A DNA stretch of 64,000 nt, taken from Balanoglossus misakiensis (lineage: Eukaryota; Animalia; Hemichordata). Positions 41,101-56,100 of this stretch are shown in pieces; within the stretch, counting starts at the first letter, position 1, and the number at the start of each line of letters is the position of its first letter. The notes under the pieces were generated by a model. That model had not been told where the DNA came from. It ran no database searches and saw only the letters and a list, made by a program, of their open reading frames with translations. The stretch is taken from NCBI GenBank assembly GCA_040954595.2, contig CM082585.2:8505649-8569648 (forward strand). The letters run 5' to 3'. Made by a program: the position numbers and the translations under genes.

Positions 41101-44100
41101 GACTTGTTTTGAAGTTATTGATAATAAGTTTCGATAAAGGAAATTGAGTATTTCAGGTTGAAAAAAATAATGTAAAAAAAAAAGAAAAAAAAAGATTTTT
41201 GAATAATCGAGTATAAGTAGTGAAAGAGCGATAATCTCTACCTGGGCTTGTTAGTGTGGAGCCAGACCAGAGGGATGCCCGTCTCAAGGACACATTTCTA
41301 TTGCGTGACAAATGACTGGCACTTGGAGGTGGTTGGGCAGTTGAGTGGCGTCGGGTAGGCAGGGGGTCATCTAGAAGCACAGCAGATGTGTGAAGATACT
41401 GTAAAACGGGGAATTTTTCGCCGCAGGAAATTTTCGCGATATCGAAAGAGGCAACTGTTTGTACGCGACAATTAATTTTCGCGTTCTCGTGTTTCACTAA
41501 ATTTCGCGACTTTTCATTTTAGCGTTTTTTTTTACTCTCGTGATGTTCGCGAAAATTTATCGTTCGCGAAAATTTCCCGTTTTACAGTATTGCAAGGGGG
41601 GAAGATACACATGAATTGGGTATTTTTCTCTTCTTTTTTTAATTAATTTTTTTTCTCTCGTAAAATAATCATGCACGGTGTAAGAGAGAGAGAAAGCGTT
41701 ATACGATGTATGAACGTCGAGTGAGAGGATAAAAAATTTTGGGGCGGGTTGACAGCCACGGCATAGTAGGAAACGAACTACATGTACGTAACAGGAATGA
41801 AGCGAATATGATAATGATGTAATTTGCATACACTGAGCAAGAGCCAATCACATGCATTAGTAAGAGTAATCTTTATAAGCCATAATGATTGAGTGAGAGT
41901 GTTGAATGAGATAATTAACGTGCACTTAGGGGCTCTCCCACTGTGCCTGCCTAACTTTCTCTCATTTTTTCTCGCATGCAGTCGGTTTATTCTCTCTCAA
42001 AAATTGGCCATTTTTTCCTGTTCCATCAAACTACAAGATATTGTAAGAACGAGCAAGAGATATTTCTAAGAAAAACGAATATATAATCTAGTCACCGCAA
42101 TGACACAAATAAACACCAGCCCATCTATCCCTACACAAAGCAGGACACAGAGATACACAAGGGTGAAAACACGCTTTTGTACCAAAAAGATGTTTAAAAA
42201 AAAAAAGAAAACGAAAAAGAAAGACTTTCAAATTAGTGGCAGCTGAGAGAATGAAAGCCCTGAAACGTAAGAGAAGCTTGAACAGTAGAGTTAATGAAGT
42301 GAGAAAGATAGAGAGACACAAACATCACGTATGATAAAATTCACTGAAAAATAAAACCCAATAGCACACCATATATAGCACTTCAACACCGCATGTTGGC
42401 AAATCTAGTAAAAGTGTAAAGATGCACAATTATACAGACATCCAAGAGATTAACTGGAAACACCAAAAACACTGAAATCAAGATTTTGAACAGTGATATA
42501 CATTCTATATATGTGTATACCGGTCATGAATGGGTGGTGTCATAATTCAGGACATGAAAACAAATAGAAAATTTTACGGTCAAAGACTCTGTTCCAAATA
42601 AGGCTGTTCAAAATCTTGTTTTCAAGAATAACATGATTTTCAAGTGTCATGAAAATTTTAGATCATTCTACACATTTGCATGGTTATAATCCTTGGTTTT
42701 CTTCTGTACCACACTCAAGAAAATGAAAAGATTTTATGGTTGTAAAGATTTTCAACCCATTATTCTGTGTACGCTTTGCACCAAGTTTCGTGATTCATAT
42801 CCAGTGCAATACATAATCAACCTTAATATGTCCACACCCAGCACGCAGTTGGTGATTTTGAGACTAAAATTCATGCCACACAAATCGAGCAGTCCATGCA
42901 AAATTAATGAGTTTTGTAATATCATCTTGGAATGATCAACCTTTCATTCTAAATTTCGATCACTTTGGGACTAATTTCTGACACAATGAAGAAGACACGT
43001 ACGACAAGACAAACACAAAATACAGGAAGTTGCAATGATTATGGGTAATTTCTCTGTAAACATCAGTGAAACCCTTACAAAAACATTCGATAGATATCAG
43101 TTCTATAGAATTCAATACACTGTAGCCCATAGTATTTGTATGGAATTTTAAAGAATTTCTATGGATTTCTACAGTTTTCTGTGTAGTGTGACCCCTATTT
43201 CCATTGAATTCTATAGAAATCTATAGAATGCTACAGAACATTTTTTGTAAGGGAGTGTTACCTTCTTCATCAGACAATACATTATGGGACGGTTCATGCG
43301 ATGCCTGGATTGTTATGGGGACCGTGCTGATATGGAAGGAGTCTCTCGCTTTGCGCTTCTTTTCGACCTCGGCCAATTGCATCTTGTGGAGCTGCTCTAG
43401 TTTCTGATTGGTCCTTGTCACGGCGGCTGCAGCAAATGATCTCTGTGGAAAGGAAAGTACACCAGGTGATCAGAACAGATACATGTTAGGTTGTTCTGTG
43501 TGTCGGTTCTACCTGTATGTGGTCTTGCATCATTTAACGTGATAAACTGCCGGCCAGAAGCGTTGTATAAAAGATGTTTTGGTCATCTGAGAGTGCAGTC
43601 AAACCTGTGTTAGTGGCTGCCTCTGTATAGTGGCCACTAATCGCTACAGTCCCTGTGCAATTTACATGTGCATTGATTGACCTGTCTACAAAGACCACGT
43701 ACCAGTCTGTACAGGCCAGTTTAGGAAAGTCCCTTGACTGGCCACTATAGACAAGTTTGACTGTAAATTAAAAGCACTTAACCACTAGTTAAGTTAGTAG
43801 GGGCCTTACCCTCTCATCTTGCGCACTGACTGTTTCTTCTATTGTCTTGGTAACGACAGGCATCCATGGAGGATCGACCACCGGCATTCCTGATATTCCA
43901 ATAGTTGGTGACGGAAGAGTGAAGTCAATGTTTGGTGGCGGAAGCTGAAAAACAAATAATTGAGAGAAGCAGAAATTAGTAAAATTCCATGAATAGCTTA
44001 AACAATTCCATATAAGGAACAAGTCCATTGTTAATTGTTCCAACAAGATGGAGGAATTCCCTCGTACCTTAAACACAGTGCTTGCGGACTCTTCCATGCG

Positions 44101-47100
44101 ACACCAGACTTGGTGGCGTGTCTTCCACAAGACGCCAAACCTGAGTACGGCGTCCACTCTCTGCCCGGCCTCTCTGTGGTGCATTTCACTGCTGATGATC
44201 TCCGTCACCAACTCCGGCATCTTGACGGCGGTGATCAAGACGACTGCGGCTACAGAGAGAGTCGAAAAGAAGGACGTTTAATCAAATATCTGAAACACGA
44301 TGAATTGCCCAGTCTCCAGCTTATTAAACACAACCGATAAGTGTATAGTCAGCCTTGTTATTGCGCAAAATTTGTATTCTGGTCCGGACTATAATCTTTT
44401 TGTCAATAATAACAATGGCAGTTACACATATACAGGCTGTGTTGACAAGTGAAGTTCTGGGTATATTAGCATGCTGTTTGGAGTAGAACAAGAAATTTCA
44501 TTTGGTACATACAGTAGAACAAAAATACTTCAGTATTTGAATAGGACCAAGAATTCACCCAACACTCAGTGACCTACCCGCTGAGGCTGCCAACTGTTGA
44601 CTGGTATCCAATAGCAACTCCCAAGCCACAGGCAAAATATCTGTGAAAATATCCTCCGTCAATATAGGCGCTGCCTTGGCGATGATGGCAAAAGGACAAT
44701 GCACCAAAGACTTGACCTAGCAACAGAGACAGAAAAGAGGAGATGACAGGAAAAGTTATGTGACCGTGCTGATTGCTTTACTGAAACAAGCTAAATCGAC
44801 TGTTTTCAGAATTCCATTTATTCAATATACACCTACAGATATAGCATAAACACTTTAAACTCATACTTGATGTTTGTACCGGTATACTATTTGCATATTA
44901 CACATAAGCACCTGGGGTAAAAAAATAAACTTCCCAAGTGAAATGTACCGGTAAATAATAATAAAATGTCAAAATAAATTGAGCTTGTCCCTTGTACAAA
45001 ACGGTGATAGGAAAGGGGTGTTGAGACAAAAAGATCATGATTACGCATTCTCACCTGCGTCTTCATGTATTTTTGAAGTGGTGTGTCTTCAGGTCTGGGT
45101 TTGCTGTCTTCCAGCGGTAGAGCGGCTATGGCAGCCGCTGCCTCTGCAGCCTTCAGCTGATTGGAGCCGCGCACCATGCTGGCTTGCCTCTCGAACGTTG
45201 AGGATCCACTCTCCCGCCGGAACTCACGGAAGCTCTTCATTGGAGAGAACGGTTGCGCCGACTCCTGAAAACAGGACCAACACAAAGTATAGTTTTAGTA
45301 TCTTTTTAAAAGCTTTTTTAGCATAGGGAGTGATTTAACAATAAAGTTGCCAACTTGGTAGGCTGCATATGCCTTCCAGGTCCTTCCAGGTCTTGAGAAG
45401 TCCAACCATGATTTTCAAAAGGTTTCAATATATAGTGAAACCTGTCATTACGGACACCTCTCTATTAAGGACAGATTTTCTGGTCCCAGAGGTGTCCTTA
45501 AGAGACGATCACTGTACAGATATACATAATGTTATTATACATAACAATCACTAAAAATGTTTATGACAAGAAGATAACTTTAAATTGTATTCACTTTTCT
45601 TTTAAGCTTCGTGTCTGCTTTCTTAGGATCAATTTCCTCAGGACCCTTCAATCCGAACTCTTCTCCGTAGACCTGGCGTACGGCCTTCATCAGTCGGAAG
45701 CAGTTTCTCTTCTGTCGCTCGTAACAGTTCGGATGACAGAAATGTTTGTGGTCGCAGATGAAGTTACACTTACTGGCAATATCCACCACAACCTGTGAAT
45801 TGGACGTTAAGAAAGCATTGAAGGTAAGTTGCAGACCCCTTGAAAGTTCAAAACGTTTTCCAGTACATTGTATATCAAATTCAAGATGTCCACTAGAGTC
45901 TGTAGTAACACTTGGGGAAAATTGACTTGGTCTATTTTCTTGAAAATCAGATTTGGAATGTCTGTATTTCTTTTCAGACATATGTCACCTTAATCCATGG
46001 CATTTCCTTGGACAAGTCTGTATCCAGCAAGCCATCCGGAGTAGCCAGAGCATCTGGAGTATCCGGATCCTGGGGACTTGGCATTTCACTGATGACGCTA
46101 CTTGTCTCTGCTGTTCCATCATCTTCCTCTGACGCCAGGCTGACTTTCCGAGCCTTGTAACTTCCAGCACGACCAAGACCTTCATCGTGCAAAGGAAAAA
46201 AAGACAAATATCTCATATCTAAACACAAATTTACATGTAGGTTCGAAGCCCCAAGATCCGCCACTTTGTGCAACTGTTTTTATGATTTTATCGAAGTACT
46301 TCATTCATAATTCATTCATCAAGTAAACTTAATTGCACATACATGTATCAGTATATTGTTGTATAGACTCTCTCACAGCCCACGGTTCGCTACAACAAGG
46401 CTCTTCACTGACGCTTCAACCGTTTGGTGTTGTGTAGGGAACCTCTCGCCGGGCACACCAGACCATAAGCCTGCACGGACGGCGAGAGGGGTTGTGAGAG
46501 AGTCTAATTGTTTTAGAGAGTTTAAAAAAAGAGAAAATTTACCTGTTAAGTTGTCCGGTCGTTTGTTAGACCTGAAACTTCCTTTCAGATTCGACCCGGC
46601 AGTACGCCCCTTGCCAGGATGGTGGCGTAGAATCCGACCGGTCGTGCGGACTTGTTTTCCACGGAAACCTTGAATAGAGACGACATATTCCCATAGTTCA
46701 ATCAGAACAAATGCCTTGTATATCCGGATGATTCAGAAACATTTTCATTTTACCAAGACTTCATCATAAAGAAAGTTTAATGAAAGTTTCAGAGAAGATA
46801 AGTTTTTAGAGAGCAGTATTGCAACCATTCACCATGTTTGGGAAACTATTTTTTCTCTCTACAAACACAGCCCAGTCTAGCTAGATCTAAAGATAATATA
46901 GGAATGCACAAACGCAAACAGACATGCTTATAGATGCTACGACAGCCATATCTGCAAAATTTGCCAAGTCTAGCTGCATAGTGTCACCATTAAAATTAGC
47001 ACACAGTTATAATATAATCACACCACCGGACTTTTGTTTCATGTTTGAATATAACCATATATAATTTTGCCTGTATAGGAAATCAAACTTATTTTCCAGA

Positions 47101-50100
47101 ATTTTTGAACTATATTGCTTGACTATAATTTCTCAAAATCACAGCTGCAACCCCCTCAGAATACAACAGTGGTGACTTCCTTTCATTCAAGGAAAGGTGA
47201 TACCATTGGCTATTAGGGTGTGCAGGTAGGTAGGTACCTTTCTTGTCATCAGGCCCCTCATTGGTTAGTGTAGTGTTACTACTATGTGGTGAATCGGGTT
47301 CTTCACTCACGGCCGCAAAACTGATCTTGCGGTCACCTAACAGAGCTGCCGGCAGGCAAGTTATAGAAAACAAAGAGGGAAAGATGGTTACATTTTGATA
47401 GAAAAATAAAACAAAACAGAAAGACTTTAAAATTGAGTGTGAAGGATTGCATGATGTAGCTGCTATCCCAGCTGTGAGTGGGGTTTAGGTGTAGCGATGA
47501 CTTTGAGTTCTGGACTTGTGTTGGGTTGTGATATTTGATGCCTAGTTTTTGATGGGTGTGGTTGGAAGAAAGCTTACTGGACAATCTCCTGTAGATTTTA
47601 AAATGTGTTTTCAAAGTTTGGAATAATGTCCGTATGAGATGGTGGTGTTAAGAAGTGGGTTGCCAGATTTGGACAGGGGGGTTTCATGAATGGTACAGAA
47701 ATGCCATAAATCTGTGGGGGCCATTTCTATATTGCAATTTGGTTTAAAGGGTAGCCTTACGAAAATTCCGTAGTTAGATTGGTATGCACTGATTATGAGA
47801 AATATCATGGGAGGCAAGATTTACACATCATGATGGTACTACAAACACTATCATAATTTCAATGTAGGCTTACATTCTAACTGTCACGATTTTGGTTCGC
47901 GAATCCAAGCTTTACATTGCTGGGCAGTACAATTCATACAATGGGACTGGATTAAGGTTAGGGATTCAAGTTACGGCAGTTTGTGAAGTTAGTATATGAT
48001 GCAGGATTATTTTAATGGCGTTGTGAGCAGAAGAACTTTCTCTCACATAACCATCCACAAGCCAGCATAGCAGTTGTCTGAGATTCAAAAGCTGAAATAT
48101 GTCTGATGGAAAAAGAGGATGATATTTTTTCAAAATTGAAATGGAAGTACCCGAGCAGAATTCCTATGCAATGAAATGTTGTCATGGTAATTAACAAAAG
48201 ATTTTATAGGAAATGCTCAAAATTCTGGTCTGATTTAGTGAACTTGAACACTGCCCTCTAAAACCACCTAATGAGAGAAAATTAACCTTTGTTTTTATTC
48301 CTAACTTTTGTATGATACATGTACAATAAGAAACAGCTCATACCAAAATGAAGTTTACTTTTAGGGCAGTAATTATATATTGAAACATTTTTTGAGTCAT
48401 CTCGGTTATTTTGTTTTTAGATGAGGAATACTGCACTTCCAAAATAGTTTCCCTGTGTTTTCATAATTTAGAATCCTCAACACACGTTTCTTTTTCATGC
48501 ATAAGAAATTCTGCAGGGGCAATTCTCTACAATTTATAATTTTTATAATGTTTAATAAATAAGAACCATGGTGCACAACAAAAGAAAGCAACACAGCAAA
48601 GCCACACGCACTAAGATTACCGCAAAAAACCGTAGTCAAAATAGAAACGAGTTTACACACAACAATTGTGTTTCTTTTTTTTCTAAGTGTGCAAGCGGCT
48701 TGAAAGGTCATTACACAGCTTGGGCTTAGCACTGCAGCTGCGGGTGTGTGATTTTAAAGCCTGCTGACAGAATGTATGCGTGTGAACCCTCACAGTGCTT
48801 CTACTAATCTAAGCATTTAGAGGAAGATTAGACGACGAACACCAAAAGAGAGAGAAAAACACTGAATTTATACTTTAAAATTGAACGATTCTAGACTGAA
48901 ACTAATAGCTGAGCAGTCATTTTTTTAGATTTAAAAAAATTACGACAAATTTCTTTATTTTTCACCTAGAAAATAAGGTTCCCCAAAAAACTCGAAGTTG
49001 AATTTTTTAGCAATCAGTAAATGCGTTCTTTTGTCGAAAAATTCACTTCATCATCAATTTTGAAAAAGGTTGTTCACAAAATACATTTTTACATAGCATG
49101 CATTAAAATAGAAGATATCGTAATGTTTTTGCAATCTATGCCCCTGCGAGAGTTGGAAAAATTCGCATGATGGTCATGTGGCAGTCATGTGATTATCATG
49201 TGACAGAATCCACTGAAGACTGACATGAAAGGTCATGGTAATGAGATGTACTGGAATGTCATGTTGTGAGGCGATGTTTCTTTTTTTCTGTCTTTTTTTT
49301 TAAAAACATTTTTGGCAAAGCTATGAACATTTGCGAAAGTCAATATGTGTGACATCATTGGTAACCATGGCAACATGGTCAGTTACTCACCAGCAAATAT
49401 CATGCAAATGAACACAATCAAAGGCAAAAGAAACATATCCAATTAGCATGAAGTTTACGTATTAAAAACAACTTTCACAAATAACGGGGACAAAATCACC
49501 AACAGAATCTGCAATTAGTTTTTTTTTAATTATAATAAAGTAAATTCTCATGCTTGTTATAGGCCACAAGTAAACAGCACGATTTTTTTTTCAAAAACAG
49601 AAATACAGGATGACACATTCGAGGCAGGGTGTACCAAGACAATTTCACAGGGTTACCATTTTTATAAACTACGCCCTCTATGGAATCGTTTGTAAGATGT
49701 TAAAACGTTGTGTAGAAACTCACATTTCATGAGTTTTTGTTTCTTTCTTGTGATACAGAATAGTGATAAGCATTGAGGAAAAAAACCTTGGTATCTTGTA
49801 CATTCTTTCTAGGAAATTTTGTCCTCTATTTCATACAAAAACTGCTAGGTAACACCTGCCCGTAATTGCCATCACTGAACTAGCATGTTTTCATTCCAAT
49901 GTTTCTAGAATTTTTATCTGAATACTTTTATCAAACAGTAAAATAAGAATTTAAGTTTTAATCACAGAACTTAATATTTTTGAGGGATTTTTTTTGGAAT
50001 TTCGCATAAAATTGATTGTCGTGTATGATAAAATTCTCACACATATTTGTTGCAGATCAACACTGAAAAGCTCTGGACTAAAGGGTGCAGACGATATCAA

Positions 50101-53100
50101 CACCAACCAGCCACGAAAAAAGGGGGCATAAAATGCCAAAATGTCTGATGAAATTTATGACTTACTTCGGAGTGCATAAGTAAACGCTAAGTGTGAAAAA
50201 AATAGTGTGAGTGGACAGAACACCACAACCGTCTAAAGCTGTGTATTTCATCCACAACCAAAGTTGAAAAAACACAGCCCGTTCATTTTTAACCCTTTCA
50301 CCACCATGGTTTGGTCCAAGTCCATTGTTTTCTATGGTAAACCTGGACCTCTACAGAAGGAACTGGCGGTGAAAGGGTTAAAGTCAGTGTCATCAATGAT
50401 GATAGGTTTTTAAGTGTACTTTAGCGACGTCATTAAGTTATAAAATGGGTTAAATATTTTTGTGTCTATTGTCATCACGGCCACACTGCAGGGCCTTGCC
50501 CACTTTGGCAAGTTTTCCAGCTCTGGTTGTACATCTACAAAAACTTTCCTCTTTCGAGAATAGTCTGTGCATTGCAACTACAAATATTTAGAAATAAAAA
50601 CTGGGTTTTGTTATTCTTACCGAAGATGACTAAGTATAACGCAAATGCATATGACCTTATTTGCATGTTAATAGCTCTCACCTGCCGGAATGTCCACTAG
50701 GAGTGTAGCTAGACTGTGCCTAGCTGCGGAAGGACTCGGGGAGGAGATACCGGTGCTCTCGGCGCCGGATTTCCCGGATGATGTCACGCTGTAATGTCTA
50801 CCGCCAAGTCCGGCAAATCCCACAGCGGTGCTGCTGGCTCTCTCCGTCGCAGCCGACGTGCTCTCCACTTTCTCGGAGAAGCCGCGATCGAAACGCCGCG
50901 GCTTCGGAAGGAACTGGTAGGTTTCTCGCATGAAGGTCGTGACCTCCAGCAGCAGCTGACAGGCGATCATCTTCAAGGCGTGCGGACAGTTGCTGCCGCT
51001 TTCGTTTACTGTGGCTGAAATAAACAGAGGACCAAACGACAACGATTCTGAGTGAAAATTATCGCAAACAACAGCTACAGCCTGTCTTACAGAATAATAC
51101 ATGTAGTTTGCATTCTAGTAACGTTTCTATGTCATCCCTGTTGACCGATACGACTTCGGGAAATTGAGACAATTTTACAATGGATTATGTACTAAATCTT
51201 TCGACACATGCTAGAATCATGCCTTTTCACCGAAAAATAATCACTCATAAATTCAGTTTCTGATCTGTGCCACAAAAGTATCCAAGTCAATAAACTGGAA
51301 TATCATGCAATAAAACTTGCACACTTCAATTTTTTTCTGTTGATTCATTTTTGTGACAGCTGCACTTGCATTGTCCTCTGACATCAATGCAAGAGCCATC
51401 ACATATTTTTTTACGTTCTCATTTGCGGCTCTTCACTGTATTGATTTGGGATTTTAATGTTGTTCTGCATCGAATGACACTGATATAATAACTTTTTAAT
51501 GTGTTATTTCTTTGTAGACGCTATTTGTACAGCCACTGCGTCCACCTGGAATTCTCGTCTGCTGCAATCATGCCAGTCATTCACTCAATTGAAATGCTCT
51601 CCCGCGTAACTGTATATCTGTTTCAATTTTCATGAAATGCAGCCTTGACATAATTGCCTTTTTTTCTCTGCACTCAAACTAAATTTTTATGAGTGTCTTG
51701 TTTGAAAAACAATGAAAAATAAATAAAAATGGGGAATTCTTTAAATCATATTATTGAGTCTTATTTGAAAACAGAAAAATAAATAAAACTGGGAATTATT
51801 CAACATATTATGGTCATATGAATATGTCCTGTCAAGCTATGAATCAAAGAATATGTTCTAACATGGCTGCTGATTATTATTGTACATTTGTACAGTATAC
51901 CCTATGGAGTGGACGAACGAGATCTCTTATCAGGAGAGATTTCCCCTGTTGGCCAAGACAACAGCTAAATTACAGAACACCTCGTCTCTTCAATTATTCC
52001 CGTCTTAATTCTACAAGTGGCGCCTCTTAAGCAACATCAATCTGGGTTTCCTAGGCAACAGTCGTTCCCACCTTCATCCAAGAAATCCTCGTCGTCATCT
52101 TCCTGCCTCAGTTGTTTTCTCACAGTGTGATCACGTATCAGTGAAACCACGGAAACCGCCTCCTTCGCTTCCTGCTTTTCGATTTCCTCCAGTCGGGCTG
52201 AAATTGCCTACGCAAGGAAAAAAAATCACAAAAGATTTCACCCACTGACGTATAAAAAACCTCGGGGGGAAACAATAGCATTGATTGCAATCGTGTCTTT
52301 GTAACTGCAAACGCGTGCCTCACAAGGTTCAAATGTGAGCACTTACCTCTCCCCATAGGTAGAACAGGCGGGCAGCGTTTCTTTGTAGCGTGGTGTGGCG
52401 CCGATGTCCCGAGTACGCCCGGCTGTGACTGCCCGCGCGTTGGCGGAAATCAACGATCTTGCCACCTGCCATGCGCATCCATTCTGGCCAATCACCTTTG
52501 TTGCAACGATGGATGAAAAACGCACACTCGGAGAAGAGCGCGGCTCTGGCCACCACTGGAGCCTCCTATATATAAACACAATATATTAAATACAATTTTA
52601 GCAACTTCCCACACAACTGATCTGAAAAATCATTGCCAATAGCCATGCTAGCGCAGGAGTCTGTGGTACATTGATCGTTAAGCTGGTTGCAACTCTGACT
52701 TTAACATAGTACATGTATGTGCCACAGGAATGATTTTCATTTTCAGAAAAATAGCAGTTTATTGCTTTGATGTCCGATATAAGATTGAAATATCATCAGG
52801 ACATAATTCTGTTATTTTTTGTCACTGTACCACTGGTCAGTGAACTCACCAAATCCAGGGCTGCAGCCAGCAGTTCCGGATCCGGAATGCTGCCGGGATT
52901 ACAACAATCCAGGAGAAATGCAAATCGGACCATTCCGCTGCAGATTGCTGCCTTGTTGACGAGTTTCTTCTCTCGTATTCTGATGGTCTCTGTCATATCT
53001 TGTAGGTCGTCGATTGAACTTCGCCGACTGGAGTCTGGCAATGGAAAAAAACAACGATACTGGTTTTTATTTATTATCTTCAAGGCAGTCTTTGTGAAGT

Positions 53101-56100
53101 TATGTTCAATACAGCTAGCTGCTGGAGTTGTTTATACTACAGAGTACAAGAATTGGTTAGCGATGAAAAGAACCACTGGCTTCTTCCTGGAAATCGGGGA
53201 GAATTAATAAGTTCCGGCACTGGGGAATGAGGAAACTCACCATCTTTTTCCTCATAATTATCCTTTCTACTCCATTTCCGGAATTTCTGGAAAAGGGGAT
53301 GCTCATCCATGCGTTTACTCTTCCTGTGACTGAAATGGCCGCCCAATGTCGAGTCAACTGACTGTATCCGCACCTAGGTTTGCAAATTGAAGAAAAGAGG
53401 AGTTTATGTAGAAATTCCCAATGAAAGACTTATTCATAATTCAGAAACCTGAATGAATCATTTCAAATTATTCTATGAAAAAACTAACCATAGATATTTT
53501 TCTAGACACCTGTGGTACAAATTTGACATTAGACCTTGGTGTGAAGAAATTAGAAGTGAACTATAGCTGTAACTTTTGCTTGTTTTTTTTTCTCCATTTT
53601 TATTCTGTACGTACATCTGTACGTACATGTACATCAACAGCAAATACACACACACGCATACACTGTATACACCTGAGCAGTTTTACAAAGCCTCAAATAG
53701 CAGGCACTAGCTCTTATAAGACTTCAAAACAAGAATCTGCCGTTTGGGTTGAAAGAGTGCATCTTTAATCGGCGGTAGCGAAATGTCAAGTGTGAATTTA
53801 CAATGGGATTTTTCCAGAAACCTTGCGCGGTGTGGTCTCTGATCTTTTCTGACGTATTTTAGCGGTGCTCTCTCTTATCTAGAATCTGAGGGGCGGCACT
53901 CCTCTGCTTTTATTTTGTAGACTTCATGTTCAGGTGGCCTCCTGACTTACTTATATTACACAAACATTTCCCTCATGTCTTCAACAGACATGTTTTTCAT
54001 CACCCGGGGGGAAGACAATCTCCTTGATCTGTACATGACATATAGAAAAGCTGATTTTTCAACACATTGGGAGAGATGGATCAGTTTCTCCGCAAGAATA
54101 CACACCGGAATCATATTTAAATGTAAATGCACGGCTCATACAAAGGTGCCGCCTTGTTAATTTAAAGTAACAGATATAATGTACTTCGGAGCTGTTGTAT
54201 GGTGGGTGTCGCCATGGCAACAAAAGGAAATCTGTCCAAGTCTTGTGAAAGAAATCCCTTCAATGTGCCCACAGGTGTAACAAAGACTTTATTCACTGTG
54301 GCCGCCCTCGTAAACCGCGATTGTACTGTTTTTCACAGCCAAGATATGCATTTCTAAATCTGAGAGGTTACAAGACGCACATCAAACTATTGCATCGGCA
54401 ATAATTCATCAGATATCTGCGAAGGTAGTTTATTGCCAGGCAAGGCCTTGATATTCATCAAGAAATCCTGTCTCTTAACAGGGTGGTGATTTAGCATGAA
54501 ACACAAACACTGCACCGATTGTAACTGAGATACTGGCATATGTTCTATGACTGAAAGAGTGGCTCTAACAACTTTAGTCCATGGCTGAAGCAAGCTTTGA
54601 CTCAGTTTTAACTGCATTAGCAATGTCATATTTCTGTTTTATCAGGCATTTTTCTCATCGATCATATTCTGTATATGCATTTTTCTGTACAAGTGAAACT
54701 CAAAGATTGATATATCTGGGTTTTTTTTATTTTGATATTGTTAGAAACCAACTGTCAAATATAAGAAGCTACTAATTGTTTCCATAGTAACAGATAGTGT
54801 CTTAAAATTCCATGTCAGGATTGAACCATGATAGCTGACATTCCCCATGGTCACTCTTACCATGGCAACCCCTAGACAACTCTTCAACAAAAGGTAGAAT
54901 GCAATATAAAAAGAATATAGATGCTTGGTTTGTGACAGGTTTAGGTGGGGGAGGGGGGCAGTCGTGAATACTGACATATTGAGGGCGATATTTATCTAGT
55001 GGTTGTACCGGTATGAGGTACATGTACATCATAGCAATACTTTCACACCAAGTTCTTGCGTATAAACACATCACCTGACTCTTATGATTTGACCTACCTT
55101 TCTGCTAAGGCCCCGGTGGGAATCTCGCCGATCTCCGGACGGATGCTGGTCGTCGCTCAGTTCGCTGCCCTCCCGCAGAGAGTCGTCGTCGGCTCGCAGC
55201 GCTCGGTGTCTCCATGTTGTGACTGCGTGAGCTTACAAGAAATGCAGAGAAAGCATTGCAGCTCTAGCCATCAATAACATCATGCACATGCTCTGTTGGG
55301 GGGGGGGGGAAATCATGAAGGGGGCAGGCAAAAAGACAATGACCATAACCACTGATGGAGGATGGGGGTATGCGTCCATGGCAACCATCACCTTGACGAC
55401 CAATGCAAGAGACAACAAGATACCCATGGCTACGGATGACGATGATAAACTGATATTTGGGTGGCATTCAGCATCGCAACATTAAACTACAATGTATACT
55501 GATGCATCATAAATCCATGGCAAAGTGTTACCATGGCAACTACTGGAATGACATGTTTCTAGGGCAACCTTTACCTAAATACCAATGTGCGAGATGCCCA
55601 TGGTAAACTAATAGTACATGAATCTATGAATTGGGTATGAATTCATGTGAATATTATGCCAATAGGATCTCACTATAAATGACATTGACCTAGCTACATG
55701 TACATAGTTCATTCATAAGTATTCCAGTCAATGAAGGTATTATAACTAAAATACACAACTCCATGGGACAAAACAGTATGTCCACAGTAACTATGACAAT
55801 ATTCCCATGGCACATTGACAACTAGTCCATGCCGATATACACATACATGTATACAACCAGATGAAGAAACAGACGAAGGATAATATATTCCTATGGTGAC
55901 AGTCAAGGTGCTTTTTCTTGGTAACAATACATGTATAATGAATGCTATCCCACATGCAGCTCCTTTACAACCTACCTTTGAGTCATCATATGTTATAAAG
56001 TACAACTCTCAACTCAAAGCAGGGTTCATACACACTCAAAAGTCAAGATTTTTTCAAGGCTGTTTCGCAAGTCTTCAAGGAGGTCCAAATTTCATTCCCA

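Noticed and set aside
33005-48970. AG|GT juxtapositions (~33010, 33341, 48966) as recursive splice sites
   Set aside because: Introns are only ~3 kb and such motifs arise by chance; recursive splicing is typical of much longer introns
53951-54028. 78-nt exon-like segment (tacag|ATC...TAA|gtaagt)
   Set aside because: Contains stops in the required phase; no support as a coding exon (poison use cannot be excluded without RNA data)
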